A stretch of 45,048 nt of DNA from a virus. Its lineage: Duplodnaviria > Caudoviricetes. Below the pieces are notes generated by a model. That model did no database searches. It was not told the origin of the DNA and was given only the letters and a program-made list of their open reading frames with translations. The position numbers and the translations under genes are program-made. The DNA is taken from the IMG/VR virus record IMGVR_UViG_3300036796_000044, positions 1 to 45,048 of that record; one strand, written 5' to 3'. Positions 27,513 through 36,263 of the stretch are shown here, piece after piece (the stretch's first letter is position 1; every line of letters begins with the position of its first letter).

Positions 27513-28592
27513 TCAAACGCCTAGAGAGTCAAGCGTCTCCCTGAGTATCGAGTCGTACGATTGCCCTATAGGCGCCATGCCGTTCGATTGTGTGAACTGT
27601 GGCGATCCGCGCCCGGTTGGTAAGTTCCGTCTCGCTTGTCTCATCTGCCCGTTGCCGTTGTTAGCGGTCAAGCGCATATGGTTCAACTGTATCCTCGCCC
27701 AGACCTCGCTCATGGACATGTGCTGGAACTGGGGTTGACTCAATACTGCATGGAATACTGGTATATACTCCCGCGCTGCGGGGTTCGAGATGAAGAAGCC
27801 ATTGACCTCACGTTCCGTCTCATGATACACACGCTGAGCCGTTTCCTGCTGCTGCTGTTGAAACTGCTCGGCTTGCATACGCTGTTGCAGTGGAGTCAGC
27901 GCCCCTCTGATCTCGTTCTGCACCATACCCATCAACGCCTGGGAGTCCACACCACCAGGCGAAATACCAATTCGTGTAACATCGACGCCGGCAGCGGCCG
28001 CCATTGTCAGAATCTTCTTGAGCGTAGATACAGGATCACGCTTCGCTTCTGACGCAAGTTGCATCGCCTGAATGGACTCGCCATCGTTCAGACCCAGGCG
28101 TGCAGCCGCGGTGTTCCGGTCGTTAAGCTGCGCTGTGAGCCCTTCGATTCGATTATGGAACTGTTGCCCCAATTCAATCGCTCTCGTCAGCCGCGATGTT
28201 AGGTCCTGCGAACGAGCCTGCTCCGTTGCAAGCTCCCGCCGGCTGCGCTGTGTCTCCTGATACATGCGGGCTTCGAAACCCGCCTTGGCGACAACCTTAC
28301 CATCAGCACCGATCAGGTTCCCGCGTTGGTCGGCCTGGACCTCTGCACCGCGAGGCAGTGGTCGCGCCTGCTGCTGCGGTTGTTGTCGCCCCGGCTGTTG
28401 CTGACGAGGCTCACCGTATTCCTGCCGACCTCTGTCTGACTCAAACGACTCGCCGCTTTCCCCTAGTTCTCCGCTTTCGCCTTCCTCTCCGCCTTCTTCC
28501 CCTCCACCGATATCGGCTTCGTCCATACCAAGGTTATCCAGCACCATATCCATGGCGCTCTCTGAACCACCGTCCAGGTTCCGTTCCGTCAT
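27513..28592 (-). CDS. capsid scaffolding protein
   Basis: Acidic disordered N-terminus, coiled-coil body, located between portal and capsid. Confidence 0.65.
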   Translation of the reverse strand: MTERNLDGGSESAMDMVLDNLGMDEADIGGGEEGGEEGESGELGESGESFESDRGRQEYGEPRQQQPGRQQPQQQARPLPRGAEVQADQRGNLIGADGKVVAKAGFEARMYQETQRSRRELATEQARSQDLTSRLTRAIELGQQFHNRIEGLTAQLNDRNTAAARLGLNDGESIQAMQLASEAKRDPVSTLKKILTMAAAAGVDVTRIGISPGGVDSQALMGMVQNEIRGALTPLQQRMQAEQFQQQQQETAQRVYHETEREVNGFFISNPAAREYIPVFHAVLSQPQFQHMSMSEVWARIQLNHMRLTANNGNGQMRQARRNLPTGRGSPQFTQSNGMAPIGQSYDSILRETLDSLGV

Positions 28593-28604
28593 AGCTCACT
28601 CCTC

Positions 28605-30965
28605 TCACTGCGTTGGTGTCATCTTAGCTAATGGCGACTTCTTGGGTAATACTGGAGCAGGCTGACCACCACCGTTAGGTGCCGGGGATGACGGTGGTCC
28701 TCCCGGTGGTGGCTGCCCACCTTGCGCCGCATGTAGCTGGGCCACATGCTGCAACAAGTAGCTCATAATCATGTGCGGATCGGCACCCTGTTGTTTCATC
28801 TGTACAACCTGCTGCTTCACCTGCGGCGGGATATTGGCCAGCAATTGCTCAATGTTCTGTCCAGGCTGCGTACCCGGCCCCTGCGTTCCTGTTGGTGTTG
28901 GTGCACCAGGCGATCCTGCATCTGCACCGCCTGGAGGCTGGTCTGGTGGCTGGTTCCCACCCGGCTGCGTACCAGTCATCGACCCGGTGCCTTGCCCGGT
29001 CTTGGCCTGAATCTCCGCATCGATCGCATCCCAATCCTCCGGCTGAATAACAACCTCGCTAAATGCTTGTTCGAGCACCTTGAGCATCACTTTCAGCGTA
29101 GCTCCAGGTGCTGCCTGCGCAAATTGCCCAATAGCCTGGGCGATCTGAATAGCCTCCTTCTTCTTGAATATGCTATTCGGCTTCTCCATGCTGCCGGCGA
29201 CAATCTCCATATTATACGTGCTGTTGAGCGTCGCCACGGACATTTGCTTGAAATTCTGACCAAGCGCCGGGCCAATCAAACCAACTACATCGTCCACGGT
29301 CATGTATTGAACACACAACTCGGCCAATGAACTGGCTATATCCGCCACGGCGTCTTCCACAACGTCAACCTTCGCACCCACGGATAGCTTCATTGACTCC
29401 TGATACGTGTTTACGGCGTCCTCATTTGTGTTCGTCTTGAACTGCACGCCGCGCAATGCATCGCTGGTATTGGTAATTCTATTGATCGCGTCCAGCAAAT
29501 CCTGCTTGTTGAATAGCTCCTTGTATTGATCCATTTTCGGGTACAGCGACTCGAAAATATCCGAGATTTTCCCCTCACCGGCCTTGACGCCGCACATGTG
29601 CTTATTGTCACTGCCGACATTCTCGCCACGTATGCCGTTCAGCATCTTCTCGACCTGATCGCTGTCCACCTTGTCGGCATTGTAGAAGAAATAGTCGAAC
29701 ACTGACGTGCGCATACGCCGCAACTTGCGATTGATGACGTTGATTTCGTCCTGCTGGTCCAGGTAATACGACGACTCGCCCACGGCAACAGTACCGCCGG
29801 TGCTCATAGTGTAACCAATGATGTAGTACGGGAAAAACCGACTGATGTTCAACGGGTCATCCCAGACCCACAACGGCCATGTCCAGTCATCTCTATGAAA
29901 TAGCATAACTCGATGTGTCAGCCTGTCCCAAATGAGGTAACACTCTGTAGTGTACATATTCAGATATGCAGTGCGTTCATCATCTGTATGGTGTGTACTA
30001 TCCACACCCGATTCCATCGCCTGCTGCACAAATCCAAGGCCGTCGTCACGCTTCCCGTCCGATGTATCAAACGATGCCTTGTGTGTTGGCTTGTAAATTA
30101 GAACTCGCGAGCCGCATTTGAGATCGCCATTCTCGCCGGTGCCTTCCGCCGAATCAGGATCAGGCATTGTGAACCGTTGCGTAAGCATTGCGGTCGGTAA
30201 AAACACTCGCTCGGCCTGCCAGTCCGCATCGGTGCCATCCTGTAATTCGGCATACGGATCGATAATCAAGTTATGCGGCAGCACATTACTCAAACTCGGC
30301 CCACTCGGCTTCATCACCTCCATATTCATCTCTAAGGCTTCCATCTGCCCGTAGAGATTCGAAACCTCTTCTTGGCTCTTCACCGTCGCCAATTGCTGTG
30401 TGATTTCCGTCAATTGCTGCACAGCGACTTCTCGCGAGTCATCCTTTCTGGTATAATCCAGCTTCAAAACGCCGAAATTCGTGAGCAGTCCAACGCCTAC
30501 GCACTTCTTGATCTTCAGCTTCGCACGCAGCGTCGTCCTGAATAGCGTGTTTATCAGCTTCTCCAGCGCCTTGCAGAAATCCTGATCGGTGCTGTCCGCT
30601 GTGCTGACCGTAATGTCGGGATTTTTGCTATAAACCGCCGGTAGCATGACATTCAGGTTCGAGAATACGACATTCTCCGTCACGTCGCCACGCTTGAACA
30701 CACCACGGGACGACTCAATCGCACGACCCTGGCTATTATTGTAATACCGGAACACCTCATCCCATGCAATCGTAACCTGTTCGTACGCCTTGATCGCAGC
30801 ATTGATCCTGCGTTGCCACAGCTTGCCTACCGACGAGCTAATCGCGATACGGCTGCCTTCATAAATGCGATATACTGGCTCCGGCTCGCCGCTACGCCCT
30901 GGTGCTGATGACGTATCGTCGCCATCATCCACATCTGTCTCGTCGGCGCCATATACATCTGTCAT
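28605..30965 (-). CDS. portal protein (P22/podovirus-like, long Pro/Gln tail)
   Basis: 786 aa downstream of TerL; LPAVYSKNPDI, GFGVLK-like NFGVLK, IIDP and QQDEIN patterns. Confidence 0.8.
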   Translation of the reverse strand: MTDVYGADETDVDDGDDTSSAPGRSGEPEPVYRIYEGSRIAISSSVGKLWQRRINAAIKAYEQVTIAWDEVFRYYNNSQGRAIESSRGVFKRGDVTENVVFSNLNVMLPAVYSKNPDITVSTADSTDQDFCKALEKLINTLFRTTLRAKLKIKKCVGVGLLTNFGVLKLDYTRKDDSREVAVQQLTEITQQLATVKSQEEVSNLYGQMEALEMNMEVMKPSGPSLSNVLPHNLIIDPYAELQDGTDADWQAERVFLPTAMLTQRFTMPDPDSAEGTGENGDLKCGSRVLIYKPTHKASFDTSDGKRDDGLGFVQQAMESGVDSTHHTDDERTAYLNMYTTECYLIWDRLTHRVMLFHRDDWTWPLWVWDDPLNISRFFPYYIIGYTMSTGGTVAVGESSYYLDQQDEINVINRKLRRMRTSVFDYFFYNADKVDSDQVEKMLNGIRGENVGSDNKHMCGVKAGEGKISDIFESLYPKMDQYKELFNKQDLLDAINRITNTSDALRGVQFKTNTNEDAVNTYQESMKLSVGAKVDVVEDAVADIASSLAELCVQYMTVDDVVGLIGPALGQNFKQMSVATLNSTYNMEIVAGSMEKPNSIFKKKEAIQIAQAIGQFAQAAPGATLKVMLKVLEQAFSEVVIQPEDWDAIDAEIQAKTGQGTGSMTGTQPGGNQPPDQPPGGADAGSPGAPTPTGTQGPGTQPGQNIEQLLANIPPQVKQQVVQMKQQGADPHMIMSYLLQHVAQLHAAQGGQPPPGGPPSSPAPNGGGQPAPVLPKKSPLAKMTPTQ

Positions 30966-31060
30966 GTGTTTGACTCAAACAGTTGGAGTGTTTCGGGCGA
31001 GACGGTCAGAGGGACGCTCGAACCGCCCCGCCCACGCCCATCACACAGGGGTCAGCCGTG

Positions 31061-31750
31061 TTAAGTTGACGAGCGTTTCCGACGGCGGGACAGCCAGCCC
31101 ATAAGGCCAAACCCACCCGCAAACAACGGCAACGCAGCCGGAATCGGAACGGTAGGAACTGCAACAGCCAATATCTGATCGGTGGGTACCACGTCCAACA
31201 GATCAAAACGAGCGCCCGGATCAAACAGCGCCCCGCCCGACGAAGCTTCCGCCGCCAATGTCACCGATGCAGTAATGTCGGCAAGTCCTGCGGTGCTGGA
31301 GGAAGAGAACGTAAGTCCTGGACCGTATTCCAGCCGCCATATTGCTAGCTGTGCAGCAGCCGGATTATTGTCCAGTGCGCCGCCGAAGTGATCGATGACG
31401 CTCGCCATTTCAGTCACCTGCAACGCGGAAATGGACGGGTTGCCATTCCCAACACTGCCGGGACCGGGGAACGGAACGATGTTGTACGTCCCGGTAGGGT
31501 TCAGGCCGGTAAGGATATCCACGCACCATGCAGCGATGCTTGTGATATTCTGGCCCATGAACGTTCCAGTCCCAGTCAGGGTAATCTCTCCGACCGATGC
31601 CGTGAACGGTGCGTTCAGTAATGTAGGGTCAGTCAACGTGACTGAAATCCCCGGATCAACTGAAAACCCCGTATAGTTGAAGTTATCAGCCCACGCGCCG
31701 CTACCGGCAGTAGCAACAAGCATTGCGCCGGCAAGCAGTAGTTTTTTCAT
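31061..31750 (-). CDS. VPLPA-CTERM (PEP-CTERM-like) surface-sorted protein
   Basis: Signal peptide MKKLLLAGAMLVATAGSGAWA; C-terminal VPIPAALPLFAGGFGLMGWLSRRRKR. Confidence 0.85.
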   Translation of the reverse strand: MKKLLLAGAMLVATAGSGAWADNFNYTGFSVDPGISVTLTDPTLLNAPFTASVGEITLTGTGTFMGQNITSIAAWCVDILTGLNPTGTYNIVPFPGPGSVGNGNPSISALQVTEMASVIDHFGGALDNNPAAAQLAIWRLEYGPGLTFSSSSTAGLADITASVTLAAEASSGGALFDPGARFDLLDVVPTDQILAVAVPTVPIPAALPLFAGGFGLMGWLSRRRKRSST

Positions 31751-31787
31751 CACGTCCTCCTACGTTATGGCGGTCCCGCCGCCACGG

Positions 31788-33308
31788 CTAGAATGCACTC
31801 GGCTTGTGATCTAGTTCCACCTCATGCCAATACGACCATTTCGGAGGCATGGCCGACTCAGGCACGATAATCTTGCTCACCTCTGGTAGATACGAGAGCA
31901 TGTATTTCAACGCATTCATCGCATGGTCATTCGCATCCATCGGCTCATCAATACGCTGGCCGGCCGTATTCTGCTTCCAGTAATATGCCGTCATCTCGTC
32001 GCTAATGAACGCTAAATCGTCCGCAAAATACAACAGCGGACTCGGGTCCTCTTTCGTAATTATATGTGGAACGCCCTTCTTTCCAGCCAAATAAGAATTA
32101 ACCTTCGCAATGCCTGTGACAACATCATTGCTCGACGGTCGCATATAGATTTTATCGTCCTGATACAGTTTCGCAATGGTCGCTCCTGTCTCTCGCATCC
32201 CAGCGACAACCACCTTCTTGAATATCGCGGGATCAGCATGGATTCTGTTGTTGAACATCAGCAAACCGGCATACTTTGCCCGTATGTCCCGGATCGCTTG
32301 CGGCTGTAGATTGTATGGGAAATCGCTTTGGTAATAGCCATCCAGTATAATAACTCTTCCACGGTCATCAACGAAACCCATCAAATAACAACTCGGCGAC
32401 ACTATACCGAAATCGTAAGACTCAATTGCCTGAATCTGAACATGACGAAGTAGGCATTCCGCCAAGTAATTCTCGGCTTCCTCACGCGATATGGTATGGA
32501 CCGACGGATCGTAATCAGGATGCACCAGGCCCTCGAACGCGACCCATTTCCCGAGTAGGAAACGGTCGCGCATCTGACCTTTGTATGTCGATTCGAGTCC
32601 GACGATGTAGTCATGTGATAAGTTATGCTTATTCGCGTAAGTGTCACTCTCAAATAATTCAATGATCGGCATACCCGAATCGGTATCCACAAGCAGCTTC
32701 TCCACTCGCTGTCCGGTCTTCAACCAAAGCAGGTACGGCTGTATGAGTTCCTTGTAGAACCAATTGTGTGATGGGTTTGCCGTAAGCATAAGCCAACGTG
32801 GGCCTGTGGCGGGCATGGATAAATCTTCTTCGTCGGCCTGATAAGGCGTGTCCCCACGAAGACGGCCAAGGAGGTCAAAGAAATCTTTGTGTATGATACC
32901 CGGGTCTTCGATCTGATCGACCCCGATCCAATCATACGTTGCGGATAGAAGATTACTCGTCGAACTCCCATCATTGCGAGCCCTCCCACGCTGCGATATG
33001 TAACGGAAATTGACAACCGAGCCGTTCTTCATGTAGCACGTATTGTCGTCAATCGTCGGCTTCTTCATCACCCAGTCGGGTGGACACCATTTGAAGAACA
33101 CCTTGCGAAGCGTATCATTCAGCTTCGGGTATGTCTCTCTTGCCAGCAATCCATTACAACCAGGGTAATCTTTTACCAGCTTCAATGCCTTGATCGCCAA
33201 CGCCGTCGTCTTACCATTCGCGAACGCACCGCCGAATACCTGAATCTTCGCCCGGCTATGATAAAAGCCCGACTGCACAGAGCCTTCGATGACTTTGTAA
33301 TTCGGCAT
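31788..33308 (-). CDS. terL: terminase large subunit
   Basis: Q motif (QSGFYHS), Walker A GAFANGKT, Walker B IGVDQ, LTANP, nuclease YDFG, ADPA and NDHAMNALKY. Confidence 0.92.
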   Translation of the reverse strand: MPNYKVIEGSVQSGFYHSRAKIQVFGGAFANGKTTALAIKALKLVKDYPGCNGLLARETYPKLNDTLRKVFFKWCPPDWVMKKPTIDDNTCYMKNGSVVNFRYISQRGRARNDGSSTSNLLSATYDWIGVDQIEDPGIIHKDFFDLLGRLRGDTPYQADEEDLSMPATGPRWLMLTANPSHNWFYKELIQPYLLWLKTGQRVEKLLVDTDSGMPIIELFESDTYANKHNLSHDYIVGLESTYKGQMRDRFLLGKWVAFEGLVHPDYDPSVHTISREEAENYLAECLLRHVQIQAIESYDFGIVSPSCYLMGFVDDRGRVIILDGYYQSDFPYNLQPQAIRDIRAKYAGLLMFNNRIHADPAIFKKVVVAGMRETGATIAKLYQDDKIYMRPSSNDVVTGIAKVNSYLAGKKGVPHIITKEDPSPLLYFADDLAFISDEMTAYYWKQNTAGQRIDEPMDANDHAMNALKYMLSYLPEVSKIIVPESAMPPKWSYWHEVELDHKPSAF

Positions 33309-33324
33309 GTGTTTGACTCAAACG

Positions 33325-33540
33325 CTATTGTTTCACCGCCTGCTTCTGCCAGTGCCCCGTCGTTATGTCCGTGGCCTGGAACGTATCACCCGTGTCAAGC
33401 GCAAGGACAGGCTCTCCAGGATAGAGCGGGGTCGCCGTTGCGAGCGCCGCCGCAGTCGCCACGAAACGATTGATCTTCGAATAAGGAGGATCAACGGGTG
33501 GACCTGCATTTGTTCCTGCCTTGTTCACGACCCAAGTCAT
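33325..33540 (-). CDS. hypothetical protein
   Basis: GGAGG RBS; fills the gap between TerS and TerL. Confidence 0.7.
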   Translation of the reverse strand: MTWVVNKAGTNAGPPVDPPYSKINRFVATAAALATATPLYPGEPVLALDTGDTFQATDITTGHWQKQAVKQ

Positions 33541-33549
33541 TCTCGCCTC

Positions 33550-34173
33550 CTAGTTGTCGAGTGTTATCCCATTGACAGCAACCTCGGCGTCACTGTCACC
33601 CTTGACAATCGTGATACGCAACTCGTTCTGCTGACCCTTGCCCTCGGCCAAATCCTTCGGTCGAACGCCCGCACGATCCAGAAGATCGATGCTTGCCTTC
33701 AACACATTGTTTTCTTTCTGGCCATTCATCGCAATGCCGTACACATTGTCCAACGCATCGTCGGCATATGCAGCAATACGGGACACAAGACGCTTCGACT
33801 TCGCGCTGACGAACTCCGACGCGACGATCTCGAACGTCTCACCATATCCCGGATGCGTCCGTACGCTACGAACGTCGGATGGCATAATGTCCAACATCTC
33901 GGCGATATCCCGATCTGTCAGACCCATGATGGTAAGCGTAAACACCATCGCAATACCCTTCATGGCCTTCGTCGAAGCTGGCAACTCAGGAATCGATCGC
34001 TTACGCAACGGCCTGTATTCACTGCTAGATTTTACATGACTCTTCGCAGGATCACTAAACAGCACTTCTGGAGGAATGACTTTGCCGTCTGCCATCACAT
34101 AAGGATCGCCCCAAGCCGCCAGCTTCGAGCGCTTCACAACGGCCTTGTGCCCGTTCGCCGTCGCTTTAGCCAT
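33550..34173 (-). CDS. terS: terminase small subunit (HTH)
   Basis: HTH GLTDRDIAEMLDIMPSDVRSV, C-terminal LKASIDLLDRAG, upstream of TerL. Confidence 0.7.
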   Translation of the reverse strand: MAKATANGHKAVVKRSKLAAWGDPYVMADGKVIPPEVLFSDPAKSHVKSSSEYRPLRKRSIPELPASTKAMKGIAMVFTLTIMGLTDRDIAEMLDIMPSDVRSVRTHPGYGETFEIVASEFVSAKSKRLVSRIAAYADDALDNVYGIAMNGQKENNVLKASIDLLDRAGVRPKDLAEGKGQQNELRITIVKGDSDAEVAVNGITLDN

Positions 34174-34200
34174 TGCAACCCCTCCCTGTTTGACTCAAAC

Positions 34201-34596
34201 TCAACGCGTGCCGAGTGGATTGCCGTCCTTGTTCGGTACTGGATTACTACCGAAGGTTGTACGCGTGGACCACGCAAGCACATCATTCTTGTACTCACTC
34301 ACATCCGCAGCCGTTGTCGCACGATTAATAAGAACTGTCTGCGTAATCGCACGCTTACCACCAAGTTCCACATTCGCTTCCACCTGCGGAAACGTCTGTG
34401 TCGCGACGGCACCGGGAGCTACGCCAGCCGTCGTAATCATGATCTTACGCAACGCTAACATAGACTTCTGAGCCAGGTTCTTGGCAGCAGACGAACGCCT
34501 GCCATCCTTACCACTGATACTCACCAACTGCGAAAGCCCGGCCGAGTCGCCGAACAAACCGCCTTTCACGTTTGCCGTAGCGGTATTCGTTGCCAT
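34201..34596 (-). CDS. hypothetical (possible virion) protein
   Basis: AGGAG RBS; compact ORF between its neighbours. Confidence 0.7.
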   Translation of the reverse strand: MATNTATANVKGGLFGDSAGLSQLVSISGKDGRRSSAAKNLAQKSMLALRKIMITTAGVAPGAVATQTFPQVEANVELGGKRAITQTVLINRATTAADVSEYKNDVLAWSTRTTFGSNPVPNKDGNPLGTR

Positions 34597-34604
34597 GATT
34601 TCTC

Positions 34605-34802
34605 CTATCTGCTGGACAAAACGCGATTGGGCACGACGCCATTGGCTGTGCCCTGCATGATACGCAAATCCAACGCGGGCTCTGATCTGCCTACGTTGGG
34701 CGGAACTGTTGCCGCTTTCGCGGTATTCACAGCTAACTGTGCGACGATATCCGCTGAATTCTTCTTGTGGACTGCGTCACCTTCTGCCGTACTTTGAGCC
34801 AC
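34605..34802 (-). CDS. hypothetical protein (65 aa)
   Basis: GTG start after AGGAG; this is the 3' part of track ORF 34605..35102. Confidence 0.55.
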   Translation of the reverse strand: MAQSTAEGDAVHKKNSADIVAQLAVNTAKAATVPPNVGRSEPALDLRIMQGTANGVVPNRVLSSR

Positions 34803-35166
34803 GTTTCTTCTCCTGTTCCGGTACCGGCTCCGTCTCTTCGTCTTCATCCGGCAACGGTGCATCTTCCGGTATCGGCTGCTGATGCACCGGCCTCGTCGGG
34901 TCCTGCGGCTGTTGCGGCGCCCCTCCTTGGCTCTGCTGCTGAGCCTGCTCTTCCATTGCCCGCTTCGTCTGCTCGGCCGCCCGCTTGTTCGCAGCCTCGT
35001 CGAGCGCCGCCTGCTCCTCGTTATACTTCCGAACCTGTTCCTCGCGAGCCAGATCGTACGTTCTTCGATCAGTTGTCGGTCCAGGATGCGGCTCCGGTAC
35101 AACCACAGTCACTGGCGGCAGTTCGTTATCAGGTGCATCCTCTTCTCTGGTCTGCTCGTCGCTCAT
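34777..35166 (-). CDS. acidic/Gln-rich hypothetical protein
   Basis: ATG 35166 follows a purine-rich RBS, downstream of the palindrome at 35179. Confidence 0.65.
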   Translation of the reverse strand: MSDEQTREEDAPDNELPPVTVVVPEPHPGPTTDRRTYDLAREEQVRKYNEEQAALDEAANKRAAEQTKRAMEEQAQQQSQGGAPQQPQDPTRPVHQQPIPEDAPLPDEDEETEPVPEQEKKRGSKYGRR

Positions 35167-35330
35167 ATTCCTACCCCTTGTTTGACTCAAACAGCTTGCA
35201 GAAATCAGGGGACCGAGTCACCGTCGCAACGTACATGGCCAAACGTACGGATCGTGCTCGGCCCCCTGGCTGGACGGTCCTACCGTGCGGTGGGAGGATG
35301 CAAGCCGCAAAAAACCCATCCAACGCCCCA

Positions 35331-35359
35331 ATTATGACACAAAAAAAGGCCTTTGTCAA
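35331..35359 (-). promoter_or_regulatory. sigma70-type leftward promoter
   Basis: Minus strand TTGACA (35359-35354), N17, CATAAT (35336-35331). Confidence 0.75.
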
Positions 35360-35413
35360 GCACTATTTTTCGTGTGATATCACAAATGATAGCACTAAGT
35401 ATCGGTGTTTGAC

Positions 35414-35650
35414 TCAAACACGCTTAGCCAGACGCCTCAATTTGTCTATTCTTGCCCTGCTTAGCCTATCCATGAGGAGCCATAGAGGCAAAATGACCCG
35501 TTTGCTATCAGAATCAATCACAACAAGACGCTTCGGAAGCATCAATTTATCGCCATCGATGACAAATGCAGCCTGTTTGTAGGTCTCAAAATGCGGCAAA
35601 ATGGTCTCGTACTTGACAATAATACGTCTCGCCGGCCTTTTCGCGGTCAT
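35414..35650 (-). CDS. small basic hypothetical protein
   Basis: MTAKRPARRIIVKY... is flanked by palindromes at 35671 and 35406; the latter provides its stop. Confidence 0.55.
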   Translation of the reverse strand: MTAKRPARRIIVKYETILPHFETYKQAAFVIDGDKLMLPKRLVVIDSDSKRVILPLWLLMDRLSRARIDKLRRLAKRV

Positions 35651-35756
35651 TTTGTGCAGTTCCTGATGGGTGTGTGAGTCAAACACGCGATGCGATTGGT
35701 GCTCGAAATATGTATATATATCCCTCCCGCGGAGCCACCCCACAGCATAACAGTCA

Positions 35757-35785
35757 ACTCTACCACTCTCGTGGCTCCATGTCAA
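35757..35785 (-). promoter_or_regulatory. sigma70-type leftward promoter with extended -10
   Basis: Minus strand TTGACA (35785-35780), N17, TAGAGT preceded by TGG. Shares TGTCAAGCACTATTTT with the 35354 promoter. Confidence 0.6.
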
Positions 35786-35805
35786 GCACTATTTTCACAT
35801 TCACC

Positions 35806-35822
35806 TGCGTCATATTGTCGCA
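35806..35822. promoter_or_regulatory. TGCGWCA-N3-TGWCGCA box (RegA/RegR-like)
   Basis: TGCGTCATATTGTCGCA upstream of a leftward promoter. Confidence 0.55.
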
Positions 35823-36174
35823 CCCCGCTCATAACGAAGTGCGATGCCTGTTCACGGTTTGTTCACGGTGTTTTGCGTTTTTCCGCTCTCTGATCCGCCC
35901 TCTGGGCGTAGCACCTATCCTCTCCTCCGGGTTAGGTCTCTCCTCGCCGCAGGCACGGATAGTCCTAACCCACACACTAAAATCCACCTATGCACATGGT
36001 CTGTTTGACTCAAACACCGCATTCACAATACAACCCAAACGTGCACCGTACCGTGCATCCTGCGAATCTGGCGAGCCTGCGTTTTCGCAAAGGCTCATCG
36101 TGCATCCTGCGATTTCCAGGAGTGCGATCGTGCCGACACCGTACCGCCCCCCCCCATCCCCCCCCGAAAGTCAA

Positions 36175-36191
36175 TGCGTCATAGTGTCGCA
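36175..36191. promoter_or_regulatory. TGCGWCA-N3-TGWCGCA box (RegA/RegR-like)
   Basis: TGCGTCATAGTGTCGCA in the control region. Confidence 0.5.
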
Positions 36192-36230
36192 GTTTGGAAA
36201 TGGGGGCGGAGGGTCGGCCACGGACATGAG

Positions 36231-36263
36231 CAAACAAACACCAAACAAACACCAAACAAACAA
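36231..36263. repeat. tandem repeat CAAACAAACA(C/A) x3
   Basis: Seen directly in the non-coding control region. Confidence 0.85.

Noticed and set aside
4623-33308. Alternative genetic code (TGA read-through), suggested by many TGA stops inside the motif
   Set aside because: Polymerase, terminase, portal and capsid genes are full length under the standard code, with tight gene packing.
33307-34458. Long antisense ORFs (e.g. 33307..34458 +, 1094..2035 -, 20928..21809 +, 13517..14284 +) and same-strand alternative frames (e.g. 16474..17445)
   Set aside because: They shadow well-supported genes in GC-rich or repetitive sequence and lack RBSs or recognisable motifs.
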